DNA from: Candidatus Bathyarchaeia archaeon
GTDB taxonomy: Archaea > Thermoproteota > Bathyarchaeia > Bathyarchaeales > Bathycorpusculaceae
Assembly: GCA_038882575.1 (NCBI GenBank)
Contig: JAVZNZ010000002.1
Coordinates: 170,083 to 234,082 of the forward strand
Reading direction: 5' to 3'
DNA: 64,000 nt
Within the stretch, counting starts at the first letter, position 1; every line of letters starts with the position of its first letter. The position numbers and the translations under genes are program-made. Below, piece after piece: positions 19,463 through 28,138 of the stretch. Below the pieces are notes generated by a model that worked only from the letters and a program-made list of their open reading frames with translations, searched no databases and was not told the origin of the DNA.

Positions 19463-19630
19463 ATGCAAAACAAGTGCACCCACGGTGATGTTGAGCTTCT
19501 TGGAGAGCAAAAAGGCGAGAAAGGTATAAATCGATATTACAAATGCAAAAAATGCGGAAGCGTCATAATATTGTCTGAGGAAGGAGTTCTGTACGAAGTC
19601 CCATCGAGTTCACCATCCAATTCCATATAA
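19463..19630 (+). CDS. Small putative zinc-ribbon protein (55 aa)
   Basis: Hand-translated ORF MQNKCTHGDVELLGEQKGEKGINRYYKCKKCGSVIIL... with CxH...CxxC spacing. Below the 60-aa ORF-track cutoff. Confidence 0.3.
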   Translation: MQNKCTHGDVELLGEQKGEKGINRYYKCKKCGSVIILSEEGVLYEVPSSSPSNSI

Positions 19631-19693
19631 TTTGCCCGTAACGCGTAAGCTAAAGTTAATATCATAAGTATAAGCAAATTCTGTTGGATACCG

Positions 19694-20305
19694 ATGAAAA
19701 AGTTCGCAGTTACAATTGCCCTATTAATCTTAATTTTAGGGATCATTAGCTTTTTCGTTAGTGAAACACGATTGGAGGAACAAGTATTAGACGAATGGAA
19801 TCCCACCCCCTCAACATTATATCCACATTGGAACGAAGCCTTAAACGAATATAACAGCACATTATGGTTATTTATTCGCCGCGTAATGGGCAATAACACT
19901 ATGTTTAGACAGCTTTTTGAACAAGGGGAGATTTCTGAACTGTTTTTGGAGCTTAATGTGACGGCTTCAAGCCCTGTTAGAGTTAAGATTGGAAGGTTAT
20001 TGCCTTATCCAAATTCTAGCAGAACATATATTCCAAATCCAATTTTTGACGAAAAGGGGACGAACATCACTAAAATAGTTAAGGTCAATGTAGATGAAAA
20101 CATACGTGCTAATGTTGATTTTATATGTTTAGAGATAGCAAATGAAGAAACAACCACGGTAAACATTTCGGGTTATATAAAATTAAAGGGAAAAATGCCC
20201 GTTGTATTCCATCCCTTCTATGGATTTGGAACTTTAATGTGTATTTTAGGCTTTTCCCTAATAGTTTACGGGCTTTTAGCCAAACCTAAGAGAAAGTCAA
20301 AATAA
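19694..20305 (+). CDS. Membrane-anchored extracytoplasmic protein (N- and C-terminal TM helices), unknown function
   Basis: 203 aa with hydrophobic segments at both ends. Immediately upstream of an ABC-2 exporter pair. Confidence 0.65.
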   Translation: MKKFAVTIALLILILGIISFFVSETRLEEQVLDEWNPTPSTLYPHWNEALNEYNSTLWLFIRRVMGNNTMFRQLFEQGEISELFLELNVTASSPVRVKIGRLLPYPNSSRTYIPNPIFDEKGTNITKIVKVNVDENIRANVDFICLEIANEETTTVNISGYIKLKGKMPVVFHPFYGFGTLMCILGFSLIVYGLLAKPKRKSK

Positions 20306-20371
20306 ATAGTAGAAAACATTTATGTGACATTTCAATATCGTGTAATGCTTGTGGTCAGATTGGAAATTGCC

Positions 20372-21091
20372 ATGGAAGTTGAACATCTAACGAAGAAATT
20401 CGGAAATGTTGTAGCATTAGATAATCTAAGCTTTAAGGTCGTGAAAGGAGAAATTTTCGGCCTTATAGGTCCAAATGGCGCTGGAAAAACAACGGCCCTA
20501 AGAATAATTTCAACATTACTGTTGCCTACGTCTGGAACTGCAAGGGTTTTTGGTTTGGACGTTGTTGGCGATGCGGCTAAAGTTCGGGAAATAATTTCTT
20601 ATCTTCCAGAGGAGGCTGGAGCCTACAGATATCTTTCCGGCTGGGAGTATCTTGAGTTTATGGCTAAATTTAACGCTAAGAATAGGGAGGATGTTCGCGC
20701 GATGGTTGCTGAGGCTGCGCAGATTTCTGGTTTGGGCGAGCGCCTCAAGGACAAAACAAAAACTTACAGTAAGGGAATGAAGCGGAGGCTTTTGGTTGCA
20801 AGGGCTCTTATGCTAAAGCCTAAACTGGCCATTTTAGATGAGCCAACAAGCGGCTTGGATGTTATTCACTCCCATCACGTTAGAGAAATAATCAAAAAGT
20901 ATGTTAGCGAGCATGGTGTTACAGTACTTCTATCAAGCCACAACATGCTTGAAGTTGAACACTTGTGCAGCAGGGTTGCCTTAATAAATAAGGGTAGGCT
21001 CATGGCTGAAGGCGCACCCGGAGAGCTTAAGGAAAAGTTTGGATGCGCGAATTTGGAGGAGGTTTTTGCGAAGGTGGTTGGAATTGCTTAA
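20372..21091 (+). CDS. ABC transporter ATP-binding protein (ABC-2/CcmA-like exporter subfamily)
   Basis: Walker A GPNGAGKTT, signature YSKGMKRRL, Walker B LAILDEPTSGLD. Start placed at the internal ATG (MEVEHLTKKFG) rather than the upstream GTG at 20324. Confidence 0.85.
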   Translation: MEVEHLTKKFGNVVALDNLSFKVVKGEIFGLIGPNGAGKTTALRIISTLLLPTSGTARVFGLDVVGDAAKVREIISYLPEEAGAYRYLSGWEYLEFMAKFNAKNREDVRAMVAEAAQISGLGERLKDKTKTYSKGMKRRLLVARALMLKPKLAILDEPTSGLDVIHSHHVREIIKKYVSEHGVTVLLSSHNMLEVEHLCSRVALINKGRLMAEGAPGELKEKFGCANLEEVFAKVVGIA

Positions 21092-22376
21092 GGGCTTTGG
21101 AAACTTCCTCTTAAAAGAACTCAAGGAGCTTGTAAGGGACCCAAAAATTCTTTTGGGAATGGTTGTTGTTCCACTGGTGATGTTTCCCGTTTTGGGCGGG
21201 ATTATGAGCTATGCAATGCAAACAGCGCAGGAACAAGCGATAAAAGCAACGTTGTTGGTGGTGAACAACGACGGCGGAAACTGGTCCTGCACTTTTATAG
21301 ATTTTTTAAAGGGCTTGGGCGCTAAAGTTCTTGTTGAAAACGCCACCGAACTGAACAATGAAAGGGCATTAGAGCTGTTGTCCAAATATAACACTACACA
21401 AATATTAGAAATTCCAAGAGGGTTCAGCGAAAATGTAACAGCCCACTTTAACAACGCGAGTGTAAAGGCTTCTGTTAGATTTTATGGGGCCTTGCTGGGA
21501 ACAAGTGCCTTTGAAAGTGTAGGCTCTTCTGTAGTTGATTCCTTAATAAACCAGTTTAATAGGGCGATATCTCCAGACGTATTGTATGCTGAAAAAGCGG
21601 CAATAATTAAAGGCGAAATTAAGCGTGGTGTGGATCCCGCAGCCCTTTCTGGGCTGTTGATGTCCCAGTCAATTGCCTTACCAATCACAATAATCATTTT
21701 GCTTACATATTCCGTTCAGATTGCTGCGACTTCGGTTGCCATGGAAAAGGAGGAAAAAACCCTTGAAACACTTTTAACATTGCCCATGGACCGACTTGCA
21801 ATCCTTTGGGGCAAACTCTCAAGCTCAATTCTCGTGGCAGCTATCGGCGCAATAGCATATATGGCTGGCTACAGCTACCTTCTAGGCTCTGTCATGGCTG
21901 GGGTTCCGGCTGGCGCAAACTTGGATTTAGCTGCATTAGGGCTTGTTCCATCTTTTTGGGGTTATCTCCTTTTGGGTTTAGCGCTTTTTGTAACTATGCT
22001 TTCGGCTTTGGCGTTGGCTGTCATCATGTCTGCTTTCGCAGAAGACGTTAGAAGCGCCCAATCCTTCATAAGCTATGTTTACCCGTTAATTTTTCTCCCA
22101 TCAATCGCCCTAATGTATTTGGACATCAACGCTTTACCATACGCCCTAAGGCTAGTTTTTTACGCCATTCCCTTCAGCCAACCAGTCATAGCCTCAAAAG
22201 CCGTTATAATGGAAGATTATCTGTCGGTTGTGTTCGGCATAATATATGTTTCGGCCTTCACAATAATTGTTATGTACGCTGCGTCAAGGCTTTTTGCAAC
22301 AGAGAAAATCCTAACAGCAAAAATAAAATTCAAAGGATTGAAGAGACGGGAAGCAAAGCCAACAGAAGAAATTTAA
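21039..22376 (+). CDS. ABC-2-type transporter permease with large extracytoplasmic loop
   Basis: N-terminal LKELKELVRDPKILLGMVVVPL typical of ABC-2 permeases, with a C-terminal cluster of TM helices. The true start is probably a TTG near 21078-21084, overlapping the ATPase stop. Confidence 0.8.
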   Translation: MDARIWRRFLRRWLELLKGFGNFLLKELKELVRDPKILLGMVVVPLVMFPVLGGIMSYAMQTAQEQAIKATLLVVNNDGGNWSCTFIDFLKGLGAKVLVENATELNNERALELLSKYNTTQILEIPRGFSENVTAHFNNASVKASVRFYGALLGTSAFESVGSSVVDSLINQFNRAISPDVLYAEKAAIIKGEIKRGVDPAALSGLLMSQSIALPITIIILLTYSVQIAATSVAMEKEEKTLETLLTLPMDRLAILWGKLSSSILVAAIGAIAYMAGYSYLLGSVMAGVPAGANLDLAALGLVPSFWGYLLLGLALFVTMLSALALAVIMSAFAEDVRSAQSFISYVYPLIFLPSIALMYLDINALPYALRLVFYAIPFSQPVIASKAVIMEDYLSVVFGIIYVSAFTIIVMYAASRLFATEKILTAKIKFKGLKRREAKPTEEI

Positions 22377-22525
22377 CAAGATTTTCCCATAACTTTTACT
22401 TGTTTAAGCGTGTAGTTGCTGTAGATTGAACTTCAGCCTATCCTTTAAAGATTATAATACTATTGGAAAGTGAGTAAAAGCTTTTTCAACAAACACTCAC
22501 ATACTATTCAGCTTGGTGCGTCAAT

Positions 22526-23629
22526 GTGGGAATCAAGCAGATTGAAGTTTACCCCGTAACATTGGCTTACCACGAACCCTTCCGCATTGCACCAGGCGCA
22601 AGCACCGAAAGCCACAACGTGATAGTCAAAATAGTTACGGATTACGGCGTTATAGGCTGGGGTGAAGCTTCCCCCTCTCAAAGGGTTACTGGCGAAACTG
22701 TAGAGACAGTTATACAAACTATTGATAGGATTGCGCCAAAATTGATTGGCATGTGTCCCCTTCGAATTGAACAAAATATTGAGCTTATGGATGATGTTGT
22801 GGCTGGAAACCCCGCGGCAAAGGCAGCCATAGACATCACCCTCCACGACATTTTGGGCAAAACTGCCCGAAAAGAGCTTTTTAGGCTCTTAGGCGGATAC
22901 AGAACAGAAGTGTTAACCGACATAACATTAGGAATAAAATCTCCCAAAGAAATGGCAAGAGACGCCCTTAAAGCCGTAAAACGCGGGTTCAAAGCCCTAA
23001 AAGTTAAGGTTGGCATAAACCCGCAAGAAGACGTTGAACGGGTGAAGCTTATCCGCAAGGCCGTCGGCGACAACATCCAAATAAGAATAGATGCAAACCA
23101 AGGCTGGACACCCAGACAAGCCATAGAAGCCCTAAACAAAATGGAAAAATATAACATACAGTTTGCAGAGCAACCCGTCCCAGCCGAAAACTTAAAAGGC
23201 TTGATAGAAGTGAAACGAAACTCCCCTATACCGATAATGGCGGATGAAAGCGTCCACTCGCCCGAAGACGCCCTACGCCTAATAAAGGCCGAAGCCATAG
23301 ACCTAATAAACATTAAGTTAATGAAAAGCGGAGGAATCCACAAAGCCAAGAAAATAGCAGCCGTAGCCGAAGCAGCAGGCATACAATGCATGATAGGATG
23401 CATGGGCGAATCAGAAATTGGCATAGCCGCCGGAACCCACCTGGCAGCAGCAATAAAAAACATACAATATGCAGACTTGGATTCAGACATCCTCCTAAAA
23501 GACAAACTTGCAAAGAAAGGCGGAGTAAAAGTCAAAAATTCCATGCGAATTTTTCCAAAAGCCCATGGACTGGGCATAAAGGAATTGGACCACACAAAAC
23601 TTGGAAAACCAATAAAAATATACAAGTGA
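22526..23629 (+). CDS. Enolase-superfamily enzyme (MR/MLE subgroup), pattern closest to dipeptide (L-Ala-D/L-Glu) epimerases
   Basis: KVKVG, RIDANQGW, FAEQP, MADES and later CMGESEIG motifs at the spacing of MR/MLE metal ligands and catalytic lysines. GTG start. Confidence 0.8.
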   Translation: MGIKQIEVYPVTLAYHEPFRIAPGASTESHNVIVKIVTDYGVIGWGEASPSQRVTGETVETVIQTIDRIAPKLIGMCPLRIEQNIELMDDVVAGNPAAKAAIDITLHDILGKTARKELFRLLGGYRTEVLTDITLGIKSPKEMARDALKAVKRGFKALKVKVGINPQEDVERVKLIRKAVGDNIQIRIDANQGWTPRQAIEALNKMEKYNIQFAEQPVPAENLKGLIEVKRNSPIPIMADESVHSPEDALRLIKAEAIDLINIKLMKSGGIHKAKKIAAVAEAAGIQCMIGCMGESEIGIAAGTHLAAAIKNIQYADLDSDILLKDKLAKKGGVKVKNSMRIFPKAHGLGIKELDHTKLGKPIKIYK

Positions 23630-23661
23630 AATGAAGGTTTAAGAAAATGCGAGAGTAGCGT

Positions 23662-24446
23662 ATGGAAGAGTGGATTAAGAAGCTTTTCGTTGAAAGGGCG
23701 GATATATTCCTAAAACTTCTCAATGAAAGGTGGGCCAGAACTGAAGGGCTTGTTAACGGAATGCTAAAAGCGTTAAGTAGTTTCAATATTTTTTCTGGAA
23801 ATTTACTTGACTTATGCTGTGGAAACGGACGCATCTCAGTTTACATGGCAAAGAAAGGTTCAAAGCCGTGGGCGTGGATATTTCAAAGGCTTTCATAGAA
23901 GACGCTAATAAAAAGGCGAAGGAGCACGGCGTTTCAGATAGAACAAGATTTGTAGAGGGGGATGTGCGGAGGTTGAAAGAAATTCTTAGGTGGGTTTCCG
24001 AACCATTTGATGTAATCGTAAACGCTTGGACTTCAATAGGCTATTTCTCTCAAGAGGAGGATTTAAGCATCTTCAAGCAAGCGAGAGAACTTTCAAGGAA
24101 AGACGCGATACTATTTATTGCTGAAACAGCCCACACAGAATTCTTTTCACTAAAGTTTACACCAACAACCTACTCAGAAATAGATGACCTAGTAATTCTA
24201 GAAAATAGCCGCTACGACCCAAAAAAGGCCCAAATAACCACAACATGGGCATTTTATAAGAAAGGCGTAGACAATTTAAAATTTATAGACAAAGTAGACT
24301 TCCAACTCCACATATACAGCCTAAAAGAGCTCAGTTCACTGTTGGAAAAAGCCGGATGGGAGACAATAGCATATTACGGAGACCTAACAAACTTACAGCC
24401 CTTGAGCCCACTAACAAGCCTCAACATAGTAGCCAAAGCCGTTTAG
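23662..24446 (+). pseudogene. Class I SAM-dependent methyltransferase split by a 1-nt frameshift near 23858
   Basis: ORF 23662-23898 carries motif I (LLDLCCGNGRISVYMAKKG). The continuation (FKAVGVDISKAFIEDA...FDVIVNAWTSIGYF) is in the adjacent frame, in ORF 23814-24446. The junction is at the aaagg|ttc run. Confidence 0.75.
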
Positions 24447-24888
24447 GATGAAATAGGGAGCGAATGAACAGTCTTTACTTAAACTTGTTGAGGACTATTC
24501 CAAAAACAGATGAGCAAGCTTGGTTTGTATGGCTGGCCTCACGTGCAAAGGTCTCTAAACTTTGTGAAATTAGCTAAACTTACTGCATGACATTGCCGAA
24601 CATCTTTAAAAATAATCGGAAATAGATCATGGTTGTCTTTGGGGTTTTAGGGTTCTTGCGTCCATTTTTTGAAGCGTTTCAGCAAACTAAGGATAGCATA
24701 GAAATGGCTAATGCTTGAAAGAAAGAAGCGAAAATGTACTTAGCAGAGCGCCAAGTGAGTCTGCAGCGCATCCTAAAAGGAGAGAAGGGTCTAATTTTGC
24801 GTAATGGACTATTAAAGTTTCGTAAGACATAGTATTCTATATAAGCTTCAATTACATTATTACTTTATTATTTAAACGGTGCTTTGTT

Positions 24889-25227
24889 ATGTCTGACAAA
24901 AATGAGAAACTTATTTTTGAGATAAAAAGGAAGTTTATTGAACGTTTAGTGAGCAATTTTTTAGACGTAATTGTTTTGCGCCACTTTAGAGATGATACCT
25001 TCAGCGGATACGATGTTTTATTGTTTATCCAAGACCGATTTAATTTATTTTTAAGCCCGGGAAGCGTGTACTTCAAACTTTACTCCATGGAACGCGAAGG
25101 CTTAATTGAAGCAGTTTCGACAAGCAGAAAAAGAGTTTACAGGGTTACTGAACTGGGGAAATTAGTTGCCGATGTGACAACATCGTCCAATGAAATAAAA
25201 AATTTCATCGCAAAAATAATGAAATAA
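24889..25227 (+). CDS. PadR-family winged-helix transcriptional regulator
   Basis: 112 aa with GYDVLLFI...SPGSVYFKLYSMEREGLIE...RKRVYRVTELG, the PadR recognition helix/wing pattern. Confidence 0.75.
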   Translation: MSDKNEKLIFEIKRKFIERLVSNFLDVIVLRHFRDDTFSGYDVLLFIQDRFNLFLSPGSVYFKLYSMEREGLIEAVSTSRKRVYRVTELGKLVADVTTSSNEIKNFIAKIMK

Positions 25228-25317
25228 TAAAATTTTGCCCCCTTTCCAAAAGGGGCTGGTTTATGCCTTGGTGGGGCCGGATGGACTAAAACTTACGTTT
25301 AAATTTTATAAATCAAA

Positions 25318-25518
25318 TTATTTTTTGAGTGCTCTGGCTTTGAAGTTTGTTATGGTTATGCCTACTATTTCGTTGTCTGCTATGCGGTAGATTATTCCAT
25401 CCTCAACTTCAATGCTGTCTTGGGCTTGTCTGGGCTTTCCAAAGCTTATATATAGCACATCCGCTTCTTCGTCATAGTCCAAATCAATTTTTTCTAGGCT
25501 TACCGCAACTTTTTCCAT
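25318..25518 (-). CDS. DUF2283-family small protein (putative antitoxin-like partner of DUF4258)
   Basis: 66 aa. YDEEADVLYISFGKP...IVGITI pattern characteristic of DUF2283. Confidence 0.7.
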   Translation of the reverse strand: MEKVAVSLEKIDLDYDEEADVLYISFGKPRQAQDSIEVEDGIIYRIADNEIVGITITNFKARALKK

Positions 25519-25652
25519 ACTATTTCGCCCTTAACCCTAGCTACATTAGAAGTGAAGTAGGCGGTTATAATAACCTTTTCTTCGCCTTTTTCACGGTAAA
25601 TAACCACGAGATACTTCGGTCCAATATGGAGGTTGGCGTAAAATTTAAACGG
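25500..25652 (-). pseudogene. 5'-truncated/decayed DUF4258-like toxin remnant
   Basis: Hand-translated open frame without a start codon: PFKFYANLHIGPKYLVVIYREKGEEKVIITAYFTSNVARVKGEIVWKKLR*. This matches the DUF4258 C-terminal pattern (..VVY.E.G..I.VITAY.TS). It overlaps the DUF2283 ATG. An upstream piece (..SRLTRDAGISLTV*) lies in another frame and runs into the tRNA. Confidence 0.5.
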
Positions 25653-25757
25653 TCAAACTAATCCCAGCGTCTCGTGTTAGACGACTGACTTGAAAAAGGC
25701 AAGGTTTTTGCTCTGTTTTTGCGAAGCCGCTGCTTAAACGTTGCTTTGAAATTGCTT

Positions 25758-25762
25758 AAAAA
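25758..25762 (-). terminator. Oligo-T tract directly 3' of tRNA-Trp
   Basis: The minus strand reads ...CGGCCCCA-CATTTTTAAG. A T5 run is the usual archaeal termination signal. Confidence 0.4.
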
Positions 25763-25764
25763 TG

Positions 25765-25935
25765 TGGGGCCGGCCGGATTTGAACCGACGACCTTTCCCC
25801 GGAAACAGCGGTTGGCTGTTCCTACGGGTTTCTTCTTTTGACCGCTCCAGAACTTCTTCATTCCGTTTGGCGGTCCGCAAACCCGTTTGCGTGTGTTCTG
25901 GAGCCCGTCGTCATACCTGCCTAGACTACGGCCCC
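25765..25935 (-). tRNA. tRNA-Trp (anticodon CCA) with two introns (about 68 nt at 37/38 and about 29 nt in the variable-arm region)
   Basis: Exons assemble by hand into a 74-nt cloverleaf: acceptor GGGGCCG/CGGCCCC with A73, D arm GUCU-AGGCAGGUA-UGAC, anticodon arm ACGGG-CUCCAGA-CCCGU, variable AGGUC, T arm GUCGG-UUCAAAU-CCGGC. No encoded CCA. Confidence 0.9.
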
Positions 25936-26036
25936 GGGTTTTGGCATTAGATTAAACGTGTTTGATGGGATATATGCGTTATTCTGTTTGGCTCGAAATA
26001 ATGTTTATTATTTTGGAATATGAGTTTTATTGAGGT

Positions 26037-27185
26037 ATGGTTAAAGTTTTTATGGTTGATTGTTTAACGGAATTTGTTTGTGAGGGAGCTTTCACGGATA
26101 AAAACTCCGGTGGTTTGCCAAACAAATTCGTTCTTTATCAAGATTTAGATGGGAAAGTCTATGACGTTGAACTGCCCCTCACGTCAAATGTTGACGTGGA
26201 GGAGCTTAAAGAAAAGCTGGAATTGCCCCAATACATAGACTTAAACTATTTTCCAATGAGAAGCGCCATGGTTGTATTGTGGGCTTCGGTGAACGCGCCG
26301 GGGCTTCACCAGCTTTATCCGCATGCCTTTGAAAAGAGAATTAGCAAAGAACCAATTCCAGCCCTTTTGTTTGGGGGCGCAGCCGTTAAAATTCATTGTA
26401 AAAGTGCGAATGCTGGTGGTTCCTTAGTTAGAGACATAAAGGACACGGATTTTATTGTTCCAAAAAAGCAGGGAATGGATTTTTTCAAAATGCTCTTGAA
26501 TTTAGACAAGGCTTTTGGAACTCAATACAAGTCTTTTGCCACAGCAAATGATAGGCGATTTAATGCTTGGAGACACGGCGAAAGATATAGATTGACAACA
26601 ATCAATGGGATAACAAGCGACGGACTTCCAACAATAACTGTTTTGGACATTTTCTGCGACGCCATAGATTTGCGACATAAAGTTGACGTTAGAGGCTCAT
26701 TCTCAAATTATAGGGAAAACTTGTACACAATAGGTTTAGAGAACCTAATAATTTCAAAAGCGCAATTCATATTCGACATGCCAAAGCAGTTTGTAGAAGA
26801 ACTGAAAAAATGTGAATGCGACTATAGAATTCTTTCCTATCCATACTATGCAAAGGACAAGATTATTGTTGGAATGGAGGAAAAGGACGTTAAGGATGTG
26901 TGCGCAATTTTTTTGGATCATGAGATTGGTGTTGGAGCCGAGAGTATAGACGCGCAGAAAATGAGAAAAGTTCTTGAGAAGGATAAGAAGTTGGCTTTAA
27001 CCGTGACTTTAAACCTTAAAAACATTGTTGAGAAGGCTGACGTGCTTAAAAAGTGGATGTCTAAGGGCGAAATTTCAAGGGTAACAGATAAAATAGAACG
27101 TTTACTCAGAGAGTTGCCAGTAATAGACAAGAAGTGGGATAAACCTTGGTGGAACACTGCCGTAGAAACGCCAATAATAGAGTAA
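26037..27185 (+). CDS. Nucleotidyltransferase-fold protein (pol-beta superfamily) with C-terminal helical domain; paralog of 31054-31983
   Basis: GGAAVKIHC...DTDFIV (G[GS]...DxD NTase motif), LPTITVLDIFCD (third acidic residue). C-terminal ESIDAQ and KPWWNTAVETP motifs are shared with the paralog. Confidence 0.7.
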   Translation: MVKVFMVDCLTEFVCEGAFTDKNSGGLPNKFVLYQDLDGKVYDVELPLTSNVDVEELKEKLELPQYIDLNYFPMRSAMVVLWASVNAPGLHQLYPHAFEKRISKEPIPALLFGGAAVKIHCKSANAGGSLVRDIKDTDFIVPKKQGMDFFKMLLNLDKAFGTQYKSFATANDRRFNAWRHGERYRLTTINGITSDGLPTITVLDIFCDAIDLRHKVDVRGSFSNYRENLYTIGLENLIISKAQFIFDMPKQFVEELKKCECDYRILSYPYYAKDKIIVGMEEKDVKDVCAIFLDHEIGVGAESIDAQKMRKVLEKDKKLALTVTLNLKNIVEKADVLKKWMSKGEISRVTDKIERLLRELPVIDKKWDKPWWNTAVETPIIE

Positions 27186-27187
27186 CC

Positions 27188-28093
27188 CTATTTTGCCTTC
27201 TTTATTAACCTTTTAATCATCGAGTAAGTTTCTTTCCTTGATAGGCCAGTTCTTGAAAGTGGCAGGTCAAGGGTTCCGTTTTTTGAATGAAGCCTCAAAC
27301 ATGTTTCGCGGTTAGGCGCAACATAAATTGTTACGTCTGAAAATTCTGACCATTTGCCTTCTCTGGTGGTTTTGCCCTCCAAAAGTTTGAAGCCAACATT
27401 ATCCATAAAAAGAGTTATGTGATAACGTGTTTTGTAGAGGCGATAGCCCACAACAAGCGAAATCATAATTGCAATCAAATATGCAAGAGGATGCAAAACT
27501 TGGAGAAAACCGGAGATCGACAAGAAAATTAGAAAAAGCACTATAAACAATAATGTTATCGTGAAACTTTTTAAATAGTTTGGCAGGTCAAAAGCCTCAA
27601 ACTTTGCTTCCGTCAATTTTAACTGTTTTGCTAAGCCTTTTCCAAGGACGTTTTCAGAAGCCACCTTTTCCCTTGATTTTAGACTGTAGGCGACGACACC
27701 AACATTTTTGTCAGCCGTATTCACAATAGTCTCCTTTGTTTCTTTTTGGAATGGTTGACTTTGAACGAGCCCTAGGAAAATCCAGTCTTCTGCGCCAAAC
27801 TTGCTTTTACAAGCCAAAATTAGTTTCCTAACAAGTTTTGGGTCAAAGTTCTGTTGTGTATAAAGCAGCAGGTGAATCCTATACCTTGGCGTGACCAATG
27901 CGGAGAAAATTTTTGATAGGAAAAAGCCCTTTTCTTGTAGGCTTCCGAAGGCGTACAGGGGGAAGATAACATCGCCTATCTGGTAATCCTTGTAAATTTC
28001 GCTAAAGTTGGCTAGCCACCGGAGGTTTCCCCGGACCAATTGTTCTTCAACAATGTCTGTTACAAATTCAAGTTCGGACAAAGTGTCAAACAC
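27188..28093 (-). CDS. Membrane protein: cytoplasmic N-domain, two TM helices, C-terminal PH-like (bPH/YdbT-type) domain; unknown function
   Basis: 301 aa. Hydrophobic segment FTITLLFIVLFLIFLSISGFLQVLHPLAYLIAIMISLVVGY. C-terminal HITLFMDNVGFKLLEG...WSEFSDVTIY resembles bacterial PH domains. Downstream of the APC permease on the same strand. Confidence 0.6.
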   Translation of the reverse strand: MFDTLSELEFVTDIVEEQLVRGNLRWLANFSEIYKDYQIGDVIFPLYAFGSLQEKGFFLSKIFSALVTPRYRIHLLLYTQQNFDPKLVRKLILACKSKFGAEDWIFLGLVQSQPFQKETKETIVNTADKNVGVVAYSLKSREKVASENVLGKGLAKQLKLTEAKFEAFDLPNYLKSFTITLLFIVLFLIFLSISGFLQVLHPLAYLIAIMISLVVGYRLYKTRYHITLFMDNVGFKLLEGKTTREGKWSEFSDVTIYVAPNRETCLRLHSKNGTLDLPLSRTGLSRKETYSMIKRLIKKAK

Positions 28094-28138
28094 CGTGTTT
28101 TGCCTTTGGATAAATAAAAAGGATGGGGGATATTTAGG

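Noticed and set aside
22678-23625. 315-aa minus-strand ORF
   Set aside because: It is antisense to the well-supported enolase-superfamily gene. The translation is Ser/Ala/Phe-rich without motifs. This long antisense ORF has no independent support.
25237-25256. Hairpin GCCCC-N10-GGGGC between the convergent PadR and DUF2283 genes, as an intrinsic terminator
   Set aside because: Archaeal termination relies mainly on oligo-T tracts rather than hairpins, and the stem is only 5 bp. It was noted but not called as a feature.
25830-25900. Box C/D guide RNA inside the tRNA-Trp intron (as in Haloferax)
   Set aside because: There is only one imperfect box-C-like string (AUGAAGA), no CUGA box D/D' and no terminal kink-turn pairing. 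The complementarity to the anticodon arm can be explained by splicing-helix formation.
25658-25950. ORFs 25658-25861 (-) and 25762-25950 (+)
   Set aside because: They overlap the tRNA-Trp gene and its introns. The translations are low-complexity and are explained by the RNA gene.
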